A stretch of 64,000 nucleotides of DNA from contig CAWDPO010000024.1 in assembly GCA_963804165.1 (NCBI GenBank), forward strand, positions 128,001-192,000, read 5' to 3'. Below are positions 44,802 through 53,927 of this stretch, piece after piece. The position numbers were made by a program, and so were the translations under genes. The DNA comes from an uncultured delta proteobacterium (GTDB lineage Bacteria > Desulfobacterota > Binatia > UBA9968). The notes beneath the pieces were generated by a model. That model was given only the letters and a program-made list of their open reading frames with translations. It had not been told where the DNA came from and searched no databases. Position 1 is the stretch's first letter. Every line of letters starts with the position of its first letter.

Positions 44802-44875
44802 GGAGGTAAGGGGTAGGGGTAAGCGCTAAGGGCCTAAAGCCAGAGATCAGAAGTCAGCGGTCAAATGTCAGTGAC
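44787..44875. repeat. Heptamer tandem arrays (TAAGGGC-type, then CAGARRT-type)
   Basis: TTAGGGC TAAGGGC...TAAGGGC, then CAGAGAT CAGAAGT CAGCGGT CAAATGT CAGTGAC (44841-44875). Confidence 0.7.
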
Positions 44876-44906
44876 TGCGTCCGTGCCTTCGTCCCTTACG
44901 CTGATC

Positions 44907-44935
44907 TTGCAATATATGCATTATATGCATACACT
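44907..44935 (+). promoter_or_regulatory. sigma70 promoter of brnTA with overlapping operator
   Basis: TTGCAA-N17-TACACT; the spacer consists of TATATGCAT x2. Confidence 0.7.
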
Positions 44936-44944
44936 GTCTTACGA

Positions 44945-45210
44945 TAGCGAACTTTTGATCCCAAAGCATTTCGAGAATCTAAAAAAACACGGTGTCTCAC
45001 TTGCCGAAGGCGATGGTTTCTGAGTGATCCCTTGGGGTCACCGTCGAAGACGAGTCGGCCGAAGGAGAGCAACGGTTCGTGACCCTGGGTGCGAACATAT
45101 TCGGCTCCCTGAGAGTTGTGGTCTGGACACCACGGGACGAGGAAATTCGCATCATCTCGGTTCGTAAGCCGACACCGAAGGAAAGAAGGACATATGAAGA
45201 AGGAGTATGA
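44945..45210 (+). CDS. brnT: BrnT family ribonuclease toxin (frameshifted, start unclear)
   Basis: Joined frames give FDPK..NLKKHGVSL..DP...EDESAEGEQRFVTLG...VVWT.RDEEIRIISVRKPTPKERRTYEEGV*. Confidence 0.85.
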
Positions 45211-45451
45211 TTTTCTCCAAAGGCAAACGCGGAGCGGTGATTCACCAGGCCGGGAAAACGCGCATTACCATTTATCTCGACGATACGGTTTCCTGAAACG
45301 CTTCAAGGCCGAGTCCGAGAGAACTGGAAAGGGGTACCAGACCCTGATCAACGATACGTTGAAATCCTATCTCGGGCTGAGCGATAAGCCTCTGACGGCG
45401 GAGATAGTATTAGCCAAGATCGTCCGTGAAGAACTTTCGAGTCAAAGCTGA
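45194..45451 (+). CDS. brnA: BrnA family antitoxin (frameshifted)
   Basis: MKKEYDFSKGKRG...KTRITIYLDD...FKAESERTGKGYQTLINDTL; overlaps the brnT end. Confidence 0.85.
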   Translation: MKKEYDFLQRQTRSGDSPGRENAHYHLSRRYGFLKRFKAESERTGKGYQTLINDTLKSYLGLSDKPLTAEIVLAKIVREELSSQS

Positions 45452-45485
45452 CCTCCGACCTCTGATCTCTGACTTCTGATTTCCG
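45448..45485. repeat. Heptamer tandem array, reverse complement of 44841-44875
   Basis: ACCTCCG ACCTCTG ATCTCTG ACTTCTG ATTTCCG. Confidence 0.75.
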
Positions 45486-45505
45486 GCCCCTGAAGGATGA
45501 GTTTC

Positions 45506-45810
45506 ATGAAAATTAAAAATGACTCGGTCCAGTGGCAATGTGTTTAAGGACTTGGGCTTTACCGCCGAGGAAGCGGAGCATCTTAAAGATCCGGTCAAGC
45601 ATGATGGCACATCTGCGGGGAACTCATCTGCAAATCGCGGTCTCACGCAGGGCGAATGCCGCTGCCCTTTTCGGCGTGACCCAACCCCGTGTGAGCGACC
45701 TGGTACGGGGGAAAATTGATTTGTTTAGCATCGATACGTTGGTGGACATACTCATTCATGCCGGAATTAAAGTTAAGTTCACATTAAGCGCAAAACCGCA
45801 GAGCCCATAA
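45506..45810 (+). CDS. XRE/HTH_37 (HigA-like) antitoxin-type regulator (frameshifted)
   Basis: SSGNVFKDLGF..EEAEHLKIRS...AAALFGVTQPRVSDLVRGKIDLFSIDTL; no cognate toxin adjacent. Confidence 0.85.
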
Positions 45811-46605
45811 ACAATCGCCGGCACGAGGCCGCACAACTGCTTAAGAAGAGAATGGCGCGCTTGAGCAGCTCCGAGCGGCTGAACTCGGCGAGATAAATCG
45901 CGCCGCCGACACCGAGCGGCAGCGACACCATCAATCCCAGCGCGATCAGCGCGGCCGAGCCTTCGATCGCGGGGCGAATGCCGCCCGAGCTGCCGAGCGG
46001 AAAAGCCGTAGGGCGTCTCCCACAGCAAATCCCCAACTGATCACGCCGGCGCCGCGATAAAGCAAAAACGCCACGATGGCGACCGGCAATGACAAGCCCG
46101 CGAGCCCAACGCTCCACGTCAGGATGACCAGGGATCGATCCTGCCACCGGCGCAAGCGCTCGCGCCGCAGCGCGAAATCATGCGGCGCCACGGATCACCC
46201 TTTGTTTGATCAGGCCAATCAGCGCATTGATAGCGATGATCACGAGCGCTGAGCAACAGCGCGGCAGCGAACAACGCGTGATATTTGGACGAGCCGGCAC
46301 CGGCCTCGCCTAATTCGGTGACGATGAGCGCCGTGATCGGCTGACCGCGATCGAGCAATGATTCCGGCGGCGCCACCGAGTTACCTGCCAGCATCACGAC
46401 CGCCAGGGTTTCACCCAGAGCGCGGGCGAGCGCCAGAACCACAGCAGCGATCATGCCGCCGGCGCCGGCGGGAAATAATACGCCGGTCACGAGCTTCCAT
46501 CGATTGATTCCCAGCGCCAGCGCCGCTTGCTTCATGTCCCGCGGCACGGCGCGAAACGCCTCGCCGGAGGTCGTCGCAATGAACGGTAGGATCATCCACC
46601 GCGAA
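45788..46605 (-). pseudogene. Captured fragment: 3' half of pstC plus 5' part of pstA (diverged paralog of ~51170-51990)
   Basis: MILPFIATTSGEAFRAVP...LARALGETLAV...ITALIVTELGEA and GFPLGSSGGIRPAIEGS...PAIVYGLCGF; truncated at both ends. Confidence 0.8.
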
Positions 46606-46678
46606 GCGGTTTAGTCCAACGACGCTTCAGACAAATTTCGCAGGATTTGCGTCGAAGGAGAATTCAGTTCAATCCCGG

Positions 46679-46752
46679 CGCTAACCGTTCAAGCTCACCG
46701 GCGGCAATTGAGCGCAGCGGAATTGCCGCCGGTGCAGCGCCATGTCTAGCCG
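46679..46752 (-). other. Integron attC site
   Basis: Minus strand R'' GGCTA(G)AC, ATGGC, L'' GCTGCACC, perfect 14-bp stem, L' GGTGAGC, TTGAAC(G), R' GTTAGCG, with an extrahelical base in L''. The two extra bases may be indel errors. Confidence 0.8.
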
Positions 46753-47652
46753 TCGCTACTTCGAGGCTCCGACCACTTCTGAATCATTCTTGAAATATCA
46801 TCTTCCCCGTAGAAGTGCCTTGCATACTTTGTTGCATATGCGTTGGAAAGGAGATTTTTTCGAATCCGACTCGGTCTTGACATCTCGATATAGCTCTCCG
46901 TCCTTCGAGTCCTGCCTCTCGTTAGCGTTGATAAGATCTTCGAAAAACTCCTCTCTGAGCAGTGCAGATAGGGCAGGCGATAGCGCCTTGTCTATCTTTT
47001 CGAGCGATACGATCGCGACGACAAATGCTCTTTCCGAAATAACACTCCATCCTTCCGACGCGTTGAACTCATGCTGGAATACGTCGATTCCAGTAAATCT
47101 GCAAAACTCACTGTCAAACCAATTTGAGATAAAATCATTATCTGGATCAAATTCTAAATAGTGTTTCGTAATATATTCCTGGACTAAAGTCTTAGTGAGA
47201 ATTCCCTCATCCCCCAGGAGATGAGGTCTATGTACTTTCGGATTCTGGAATACATGAGACAGGAAGGTGGCCACAGGATCTCTCATGAGAGATACGATAT
47301 ACCATTTCCGTGCGTGTGAGAGCCCGCTCAATGCGTTGCTGGCAGTAAGATGGTCCACGTTCCCCCGTAGCAACTGACCGAGTGTCATACGTGGGGCAGG
47401 TACGCCAGCGTTTTTGTACCTTGCGGAAATATGTGCAATATTCTCCCGTGTCAGGAAGTGCACATGATAAACAAGCTTTGACACATTATTCGATTGTATT
47501 GTTTGGTGAACTGTGGATGACCCTACTTTGCCCATCGTATACACTAATATTGTTCTATGTCCCATAGCATCAAGTACGCGATGTCTACACCTAACCGCCA
47601 ATCGTGGCAATAAAATGTGTCGGCTGCTCAAGTATCGCTTTAGACTCTTCAT
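46746..47652 (-). CDS. Sulfotransferase-fold capsular polysaccharide synthesis protein (NKWYS-like), cassette-borne; one frameshift near 3' end
   Basis: VYTMGKVGSST (5'-PSB-like), SLMRDPVATFLS (3'-PB-like), NWFDSEF; corrected C-terminus YATKYARHFY...SDG* stops inside attC R''. Confidence 0.75.
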
Positions 47653-47662
47653 TTTGATTCTC

Positions 47663-47754
47663 GGCTAATTATTAAGTGACCTGCCGTAGGCGGCGAGAAA
47701 AGCCGGTCGGCCTATCTCGCCGAGACAGCTCCACGATCAAGCCATTAATTGGTC
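47663..47754 (-). other. Degenerate / non-canonical attC-like hairpin (AAT...ATT)
   Basis: Minus strand GACCAAT...CGGCGAGA..TCTCGCCG...ATTAGCC. Its TTAGCCG end complements the CGGCTA of the downstream attC R''. Confidence 0.45.
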
Positions 47755-48035
47755 GCAATATCCTTCACTTACCCCAACCCTGTCAATATCGTTCTGCTCG
47801 GCAAACGCTGCCAAACTCGGCAGCCTATCTCCCTAACGATTCGCAGCCTATCTACGTCCAGTCCACCGCAAAAAGCCGGTACGATTGAATTGAACGACGC
47901 CTCAGTTGAATTCAACGCCAGATGGTTTAGTTGAGAATTCAATTCAATTGCAACGTAAGCTATTGCTGAATCCGCTCGTTTCTCGGTAAGCACAAAAATA
48001 ACTGGCAGGCCTCGGAGTCGGGCTCATTGTAGGAA

Positions 48036-48348
48036 TTACAGAGTATACGACAAGTCCAAATCACCGATCTCTTTGATCGAGCGGCCTACGTTATTTTTTA
48101 GGAGAGCACAAATTTCAGAGCACAGACCAGGCTCGTCGAAATACATCGACCCCCAATAGCGGAATCCATTATATGTCAATGAATAGAAAAAGGCAGGTGG
48201 TCACGCGATCGTGCATCCACACTTGCTGAAGAGTTCCAATTTCGCCAGTCGGCCAATCGTCTCGATCTCGGCGCGTTGTCGTCCATCGAGGCGGCCATGT
48301 TCTAACACCGCTCCTGCGCGTCAGTAGCGGGTGATCTCTGAGCCGCAT
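48036..48348 (-). CDS. Small hypothetical protein (~103 aa, one frameshift)
   Basis: MRLRDHPLLTRRSGVRTWPPRW...GEIGTL...CLFLFID(Y)NGFRYWGSMYFDEPGLCSEICALLKNNVGRSIKEIGDLDLSYTL*. From memory it resembles a small-protein family of Binatia-like genomes (unverified). Confidence 0.65.
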
Positions 48349-48453
48349 AACGGAAACGTATATTGCGAAAAGCGCGCTGGTCAACGGGATCCTTGAAAAT
48401 CTTCACCGATTGGCAACGGCGAAGCGCTATCACCGCTCGTCCCTATTTTTTCT

Positions 48454-48658
48454 CTAGTGTGGCGTCTCAGAAGTTCGTTTAAAAAGTCCAAACGATGGCA
48501 GCCTCTGAAGTCGAACTCAAATCCCCCTTTGTCCCCTTTTTCAAAGGGGGAATTTTCTCCGTGCGATTCTCACCCCTCTTTGCCAAAGAGGGGAAGGGGA
48601 GATTTTCTGACGGAATGACGCGAGAATTATGTCGCGAACTTCTGGGACAGGATACTAG
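48454..48658. mobile_element. MITE copy 3 (inverted; both CTAG ends intact)
   Basis: CTAGTGTGGCGTCTCAGAAGTTCG ... CGAACTTCTGGGACAGGATACTAG, an imperfect 24-bp TIR. Confidence 0.88.
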
Positions 48659-48666
48659 CATACGCG

Positions 48667-49800
48667 CTAAGTCAACAGATGACGCGTGAGGTCGAGATTG
48701 GCGGTAAAGACTTCGGGCGCGGGGAGCTCCACCGAGAGAATTATAAATGATCAGTGGAATATCCGACTCGTGGAGCGAGCCATGGGATCGATAGCCGCGT
48801 TCGAGTTCTTCCATGGGCCCGTCGAGCTCGCCGAAAACCGTTTCAGCATCGCCGAATACTGCCAGCTCGCCGATGCGCTCGGGCATGAGGTCGAATTTTG
48901 CCGCGGCTTCACGGCGCGGCAGCACCGACTTCCACTCCTTTGAGATCCCATCAGGGTCGCGCGCGACTTTGCTCTCGTCCTTCGGTGACTTGAGCCAGAC
49001 CCAGGCCGCGCCGCCAAAGGTCCGGTGATGCTTCACGTAGCGATCTTTTTCCGCGGAAAGCGCAAAGCGCACTTCGCTGCCGAGCTCGCGGCACGCTTTG
49101 AAAAGGTCCCAACAGCGCGATTTGTAATTCATGCCGTGGTCGGCGGTGAGTAAGAAACGCGGCGTCCGGGCAGCGGCTTTCGCTTCGCCCAGGAGCTGAT
49201 CCAGAGTTGCCATATGTTCTTTCGATTCCTGCTCCGCCGGCGCCCAGGTATGCATCGGGAAAATCGGTGGTGTGAACATAGAGCAGACCGACGTCTGGGC
49301 GATGCTTGAGAATATCGACGGCGGCTCGCCACAGCCAATAATTGATTTCGCGAGCTGTAGATATTCGCCGGTTTGCCGTAGCGCTCGACCCACTCAGCAG
49401 GCGGCGCCTCGGCGGCAACGGCGATCTCCGCGCCGCGCCCGAGCAGATGAATGGTTTTTACTTTGCACGTCAGCAGCGCCGACTTTACGCCGCGCTCGGC
49501 GGCGCGTTGAATCATCGTCGGGACGCAAATAAAATCGGCGTTCTCCATGTAATCGGCTTCGCCGGTTTGCTCGTTGAAATAAGAATTGCCGGTAATGCCA
49601 TGCTCTTTCGGCCACGTGCCGCAGCAGATCGACGCATTATTGGCGTTGGTTACCGTCGGGAAAACCGCGCTGACCCGTTTGAAAAAGCCATTGTTCCGCC
49701 ATGAAGCGCAAGCGACGGCAACGGGCTGGCTTCCATGATAATCCATGCCGAAACCGTCATACATGCCGATAACAATCCGTTGTTTCCGATCAGTGCTCAT
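48667..49800 (-). CDS. phnA: Phosphonoacetate hydrolase-like alkaline-phosphatase superfamily enzyme (frameshifted)
   Basis: [21 protein letters not shown] (Thr nucleophile), [45 protein letters not shown]. Confidence 0.72.
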
Positions 49801-50683
49801 GAACATTTACCTCCAAGAATCTAGCCGATCTCGTCCCGAGACAAAATCGCGGGTAAGTTGCGATTGCGGGTTCGTGAAAAATTTTCGCCGTGGGCCCTGA
49901 CTCGACGATCTCTCCGTCGAGCATAAAGATCGCCTGATCGCAGACGCGTTTGGCTTGCGCCAGGTTATGGGTGACGATGACGATCGGTGTAGCGCGTCTT
50001 TGAAGCGCGAAGATCAGTTCTTCGATCTGCTGGGTTGCCGCCGGGTCGAGCGACGAGCAGGGCTCGTCCATGAGAATGACTTCTGGTTGGTTGGCCAGAG
50101 TGCGCGCCAGACAGAGGCGCTGTTGCTGCCCGCCCGACAGCCGATCGGCGCGATCGCTCAGCCGGTCTTTGATTTCGTTCCACAAGCCGACTTGTTCCAA
50201 ATACTCGCGCGCATACTCCACCGGCGCCGCGACCGTCGAGGAGGCCGTGATAGCGCGCGCCGAACAGCACGTCGTCGAGGATACTCATCGGAAACGGCAC
50301 CGGACGTTGATGGATAAGACCGATGCGCCGGCGGATCGCCGCGGGCTGAACGCGCTCCGTAGCAGATCTCTGCCGCGAAATCGACCGTGCCGCGAGAGCA
50401 GGCGCGCGCCGCGGGATCAGTTCCAGGGTGCGATTGAGCACGCGAAGAAAAGTCGATTTGCCGCAACCCGACGGGCCCAGGATCGCGGTGACCTGGCCGT
50501 TGCGCAAACGAGCAATCGATATTGCTGAGCACGACCGCTTTCACCATAGGCGACGGAAACGCCGGTGCACCGCAAAAACGATCGGCGCAGCGCAAATCTT
50601 GCGGAGCGTAGCGCCGCAGCATCGCGCGCGCGGTGGAATCGCCGGGCGCCAGGTCAATCGCCGTGATGTTTGGCTCGAATCAT
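49790..50683 (-). CDS. pstB: Phosphate-type ABC transporter ATPase (heavily frameshifted)
   Basis: [55 protein letters not shown]. Confidence 0.85.
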
Positions 50684-50695
50684 TCACCGAATGTT

Positions 50696-51566
50696 TTACC
50701 TTCCCGCGCGCCCTTGGATCAGCATGACCGGCAAGATTTGCCATGAGAGGAGTCGCGACGAGAATCAATGCGGTAGCGTAGGCTTGCTGCAGCGAGCTCG
50801 CCTCGCTGACCAAATAATACAGATGGGTCGGCAGGGTCATCACCGGCGAGGACAAATCGAGGCCGCCTTTGGACAGGACGATGCTCGCGGTCAACAGCAC
50901 CGGCGCCGCCGAACCAAAGGCATGGCCCGCGGCGAGCACGACAGCGCCGAGCAGGCCGGACGCGCGCTTTGGGCCAGACGTTTTTGCGAAATGCATAGAG
51001 CCGGCTGACGCCGAGAGGCGAGCGCCGCTTCGCGATATTTTCCTTCCACCGCGCGCAATCGCCTCATAGGCGCCGATCATAACGATCGGCAGCATCACCA
51101 AGCCCAAGCGTTATGCGCCCCGGCGAGCAAGCGACAATTCGCATTTTCAACGTACACCACAAGAAACGAATAACCGACAAAGCCCATAGATGATCGCCGG
51201 CACGCCGGCCAAGCACTGGCTTAAAAGACTCATCGCGCGCTGCAGACCGAACCGACGCGCTGTATTCGGTGAGATAGATCGCGCCGCCGAGCGCCGAGCG
51301 GCAGCGAGACCGACAAACCGATCGCGACCAGAGCGAGCGATCCTTCGATGGCCGGCCGAATGCCGCCCGAGCTGCCGAGCGGAAACCCCGTGGGGCTCTG
51401 CCACAGCAAGTCCCAGGTGATCGCCTCGGCGCCGCGATAGAAGAAAAACGGACGATGGACGATCGGCAATGATGAAACCCAACAAACCCAACACTCCACG
51501 GCGATGGATGATAAATATTCGGTCCTGCCACGAGCGCATGCGCTCGCGCCGCAAGTCGCGAATCAA
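50696..51566 (-). CDS. pstA: Phosphate-type ABC permease (frameshifted)
   Basis: GGIRPAIEGS, GAIYLTEY, LAGVPAIIYGL, SAAPVLLT, TLPTHLY, AYATALIL. Confidence 0.82.
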
Positions 51567-52530
51567 GCGCCGCCATAAATCACCTTTTGTTTGAGCCAGG
51601 CCGATCAGCGCATTGATAGCTATGATCACGAGCATCAACAACAACGCGGCGGCGAATAAAGCGTGCTGTTTCGGCGAGCCTGACGCCGGCTTCGCCGAGT
51701 TCGGTGACGATCAGCGCAGTAATCGGCTGGCCGCGATCCAACAGTGATGCGGGCACGCCACCGAATTGCCCGCGAGCATCAATACCGCCAGCGTTTCACC
51801 CAAAGCGCGCGCCAACCCGAGCGCCACCGCCGCGAACATTCCGCCGGCGCGGCGTGGCGAATAAGTACCCGGCACGTAGCTACCAGCGATTGATTCCCAG
51901 CGCCAGCGCTGCCTCCTTCACGTCCGCGGGCACGGCGCGAAACGCCTCGCCCGAAGTCGTAGCAATGAAAGGTAAAATCATCACGGCGAAGATCAAGTCC
52001 GGCGACGAGCAGGGATTCGCCGGTCGGCATGTCGAAATACTGTTCAAACCAGGGAACCAAAGTGACGTAGCCGAAGAATCCGTAGACCACCGATGGAATG
52101 CCGGCCAGCAACTCGAGCGCAGGTTGCAGCAATCTTCGCATCGTTGCAGGCGCGATTTCCGCGATGAAAACGCCGATGCCGAAACCGACCGGGGCGGCGA
52201 GCGCGAGGGCGATCAAGGTGACGATAATAGTCGAAAGCCACGCGTGCCGCAATGCCGAAACTCGCCGGCTCGACAGCGGCTCCCATGGGTCAGTGATGAG
52301 CAGACCCCAGAGGCCGCCGCCGCTAAACAAAGCCGGCAAACCTTCGCGCGCCACCATCAGCGGCACCATCAGGAACGTGGCGACTCCCGATCGAGTAAGG
52401 AAGAACAGCAACGTGAGTTGCGCCAGCCGTTCCCGAAATCACCGTCCGTCGAATGCGGCGCGAAGCAACTTTCGCGACGAACGACTGTGAGCGAGGAATA
52501 GACGCGCCAGATCAACCGGTCGCGCGCAAA
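51563..52530 (-). CDS. pstC: Phosphate-type ABC permease (frameshifted; start approximate)
   Basis: ELLAGIPSVVYGFFG, ARALGETLAV, ITALIVTELGEA. Confidence 0.82.
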
Positions 52531-52531
52531 A

Positions 52532-53415
52532 TCAATTCACGCTCCGGGAAGGCACATAGCCATGGGCGACGACCAGTCTTCTGACAACTGTTCAGCGCGT
52601 AATCGATAAAGTGGCGCAGCGTCGGCGCCGGCGCGCCCTTGACGACCATCAACAGCGGCCGTGCGAGCTGATAAGTGCCATCCGTAATGTTGGCATCCGT
52701 GGGCTCGACGTTGTCGAGCGCAAAGGCTTTGAGATGGTTGCTGTTAAGCGCCAAGCCGGAAGAAATGTAGGCGATCGCATTGTTGTTGCTCTGGAGTTTT
52801 TCCAGGAGCGCGCCCTGGGACGGCAGCTGGAGCGCTTTGGGTGAGATTTTTTTCTCGCCCAATGATTTTCTCTTGAAAGATCTCCGTCGAGCCGGCGCCG
52901 GCATCCCGTGTCAAAAGAACGATCGGCTTCGCCGGCAAGCGAACGATCCAACTCCTGGTAAGTCTTCACTTCGCCGGAAAAAATCGCCGCCAACTCCGCC
53001 GGCGAAAAGCCCTTCTTGCGGTTCGCCAAGGGATTGCGCGAGTTCACCGCAATGGCGACCGCGTCCTTGCCGACGAGATGGCTCTGATGCTCGCCAAGTG
53101 TCTTTTTCTCCGCGTCCTTTAATTCCCGCGACACCATGCCGATATCGATGACGCCGCTGAGCAGCGACTTGACGCCGAATCCTGAGCCGCCGCCCGTGAC
53201 AAATACCGTCGTGTTTTTCTTCGGCAACGAAGCCGTCGACCCGGTCCCACGTCGGGAAATCGCTCCATGAACTCACTGCCGCAATTCGCCATGATCGGCA
53301 GCAGAGTCGTCGATCCGCCGGCGCGAATGGTCGGATCTTGCTCCTGCCCTGAGGCGAATCGTTGCGACAGGATCAGCACTCCGAGAATGACTGCGATCGT
53401 CGAAATTGACTTCAT
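52532..53415 (-). CDS. pstS: Phosphate-type ABC substrate-binding protein (frameshifted)
   Basis: Signal peptide, GGSTTLLP, GGGSGFGV, IGMVSREL, RDAGAGSTEIF, YQLARPL. Confidence 0.85.
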
Positions 53416-53500
53416 CGAATTCCTCCCCGAACGGCGCCGCCGGCGATAGGTCGGCGAGCCGTCAATAAGTTACTCAACGCTGAGCGCGACTCTGGCGTCG

Positions 53501-53544
53501 CTGTTTGACGGGAAAATTACAAAGAGATGAATTCTATGTGAACG
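53501..53544 (-). promoter_or_regulatory. Pho-box-like array (4 x 11-bp direct repeats)
   Basis: Minus strand cgTTCACatag aaTTCATctct ttGTAATtttc ccGTCAAacag, about 90 bp upstream of pstS. Confidence 0.7.
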
Positions 53545-53579
53545 ATTCGAATCAAAAGAAATCCGTTACAACGATGTAG

Positions 53580-53752
53580 CCAGTGCGGCGGAGCAGCAAC
53601 CCAATCGGATTATCTCGCGCAAAGACGCAAAGGCCGCAAAGGAAAACAAGCTCTCATTTCGACCAAGGGGGAAAATTTTTCTTAGATCCCTCGCATTGGT
53701 TCGGGATGACACGCCTCGGCGTGTCACTTGGCGACTTTGCGCCTTGGCGGGA
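53580..53752. repeat. Nested REP-like palindromic element
   Basis: Leader CCAGTGCGGCGGAGCAGCAACC (19/22 with 6825); CGCAAAGACGCAAAGGCCGCAAAG / CTTGGCGACTTTGCGCCTTGGCG arms enclose a TCATTTCGACC...TCGGGATGAC unit. Confidence 0.7.
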
Positions 53753-53884
53753 GGAATTTCCGACTCCGATCGCTTTTCTCACGCGTCTGACTTTTTCGTT
53801 CACTGCAGGCTTGATTTAACCGGTTTTGTCCGAATACGTTACCGTAAAGGGCACGCGTTTCCTTATTTTATCCTGGAATACCCA

Positions 53885-53899
53885 TGGCACATCTATTGC
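53885..53899 (+). promoter_or_regulatory. sigma54 promoter
   Basis: TGGCAC-ATCTA-TTGC, an exact consensus match, followed by an RBS at the expected distance. Confidence 0.8.
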
Positions 53900-53927
53900 G
53901 TCTTGAAGGGACAAGGAGAGGTCCTGT

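Noticed and set aside
51704-52501. Long plus-strand ORFs opposite pst and other genes
   Set aside because: Antisense shadows typical of GC-rich coding sequence.
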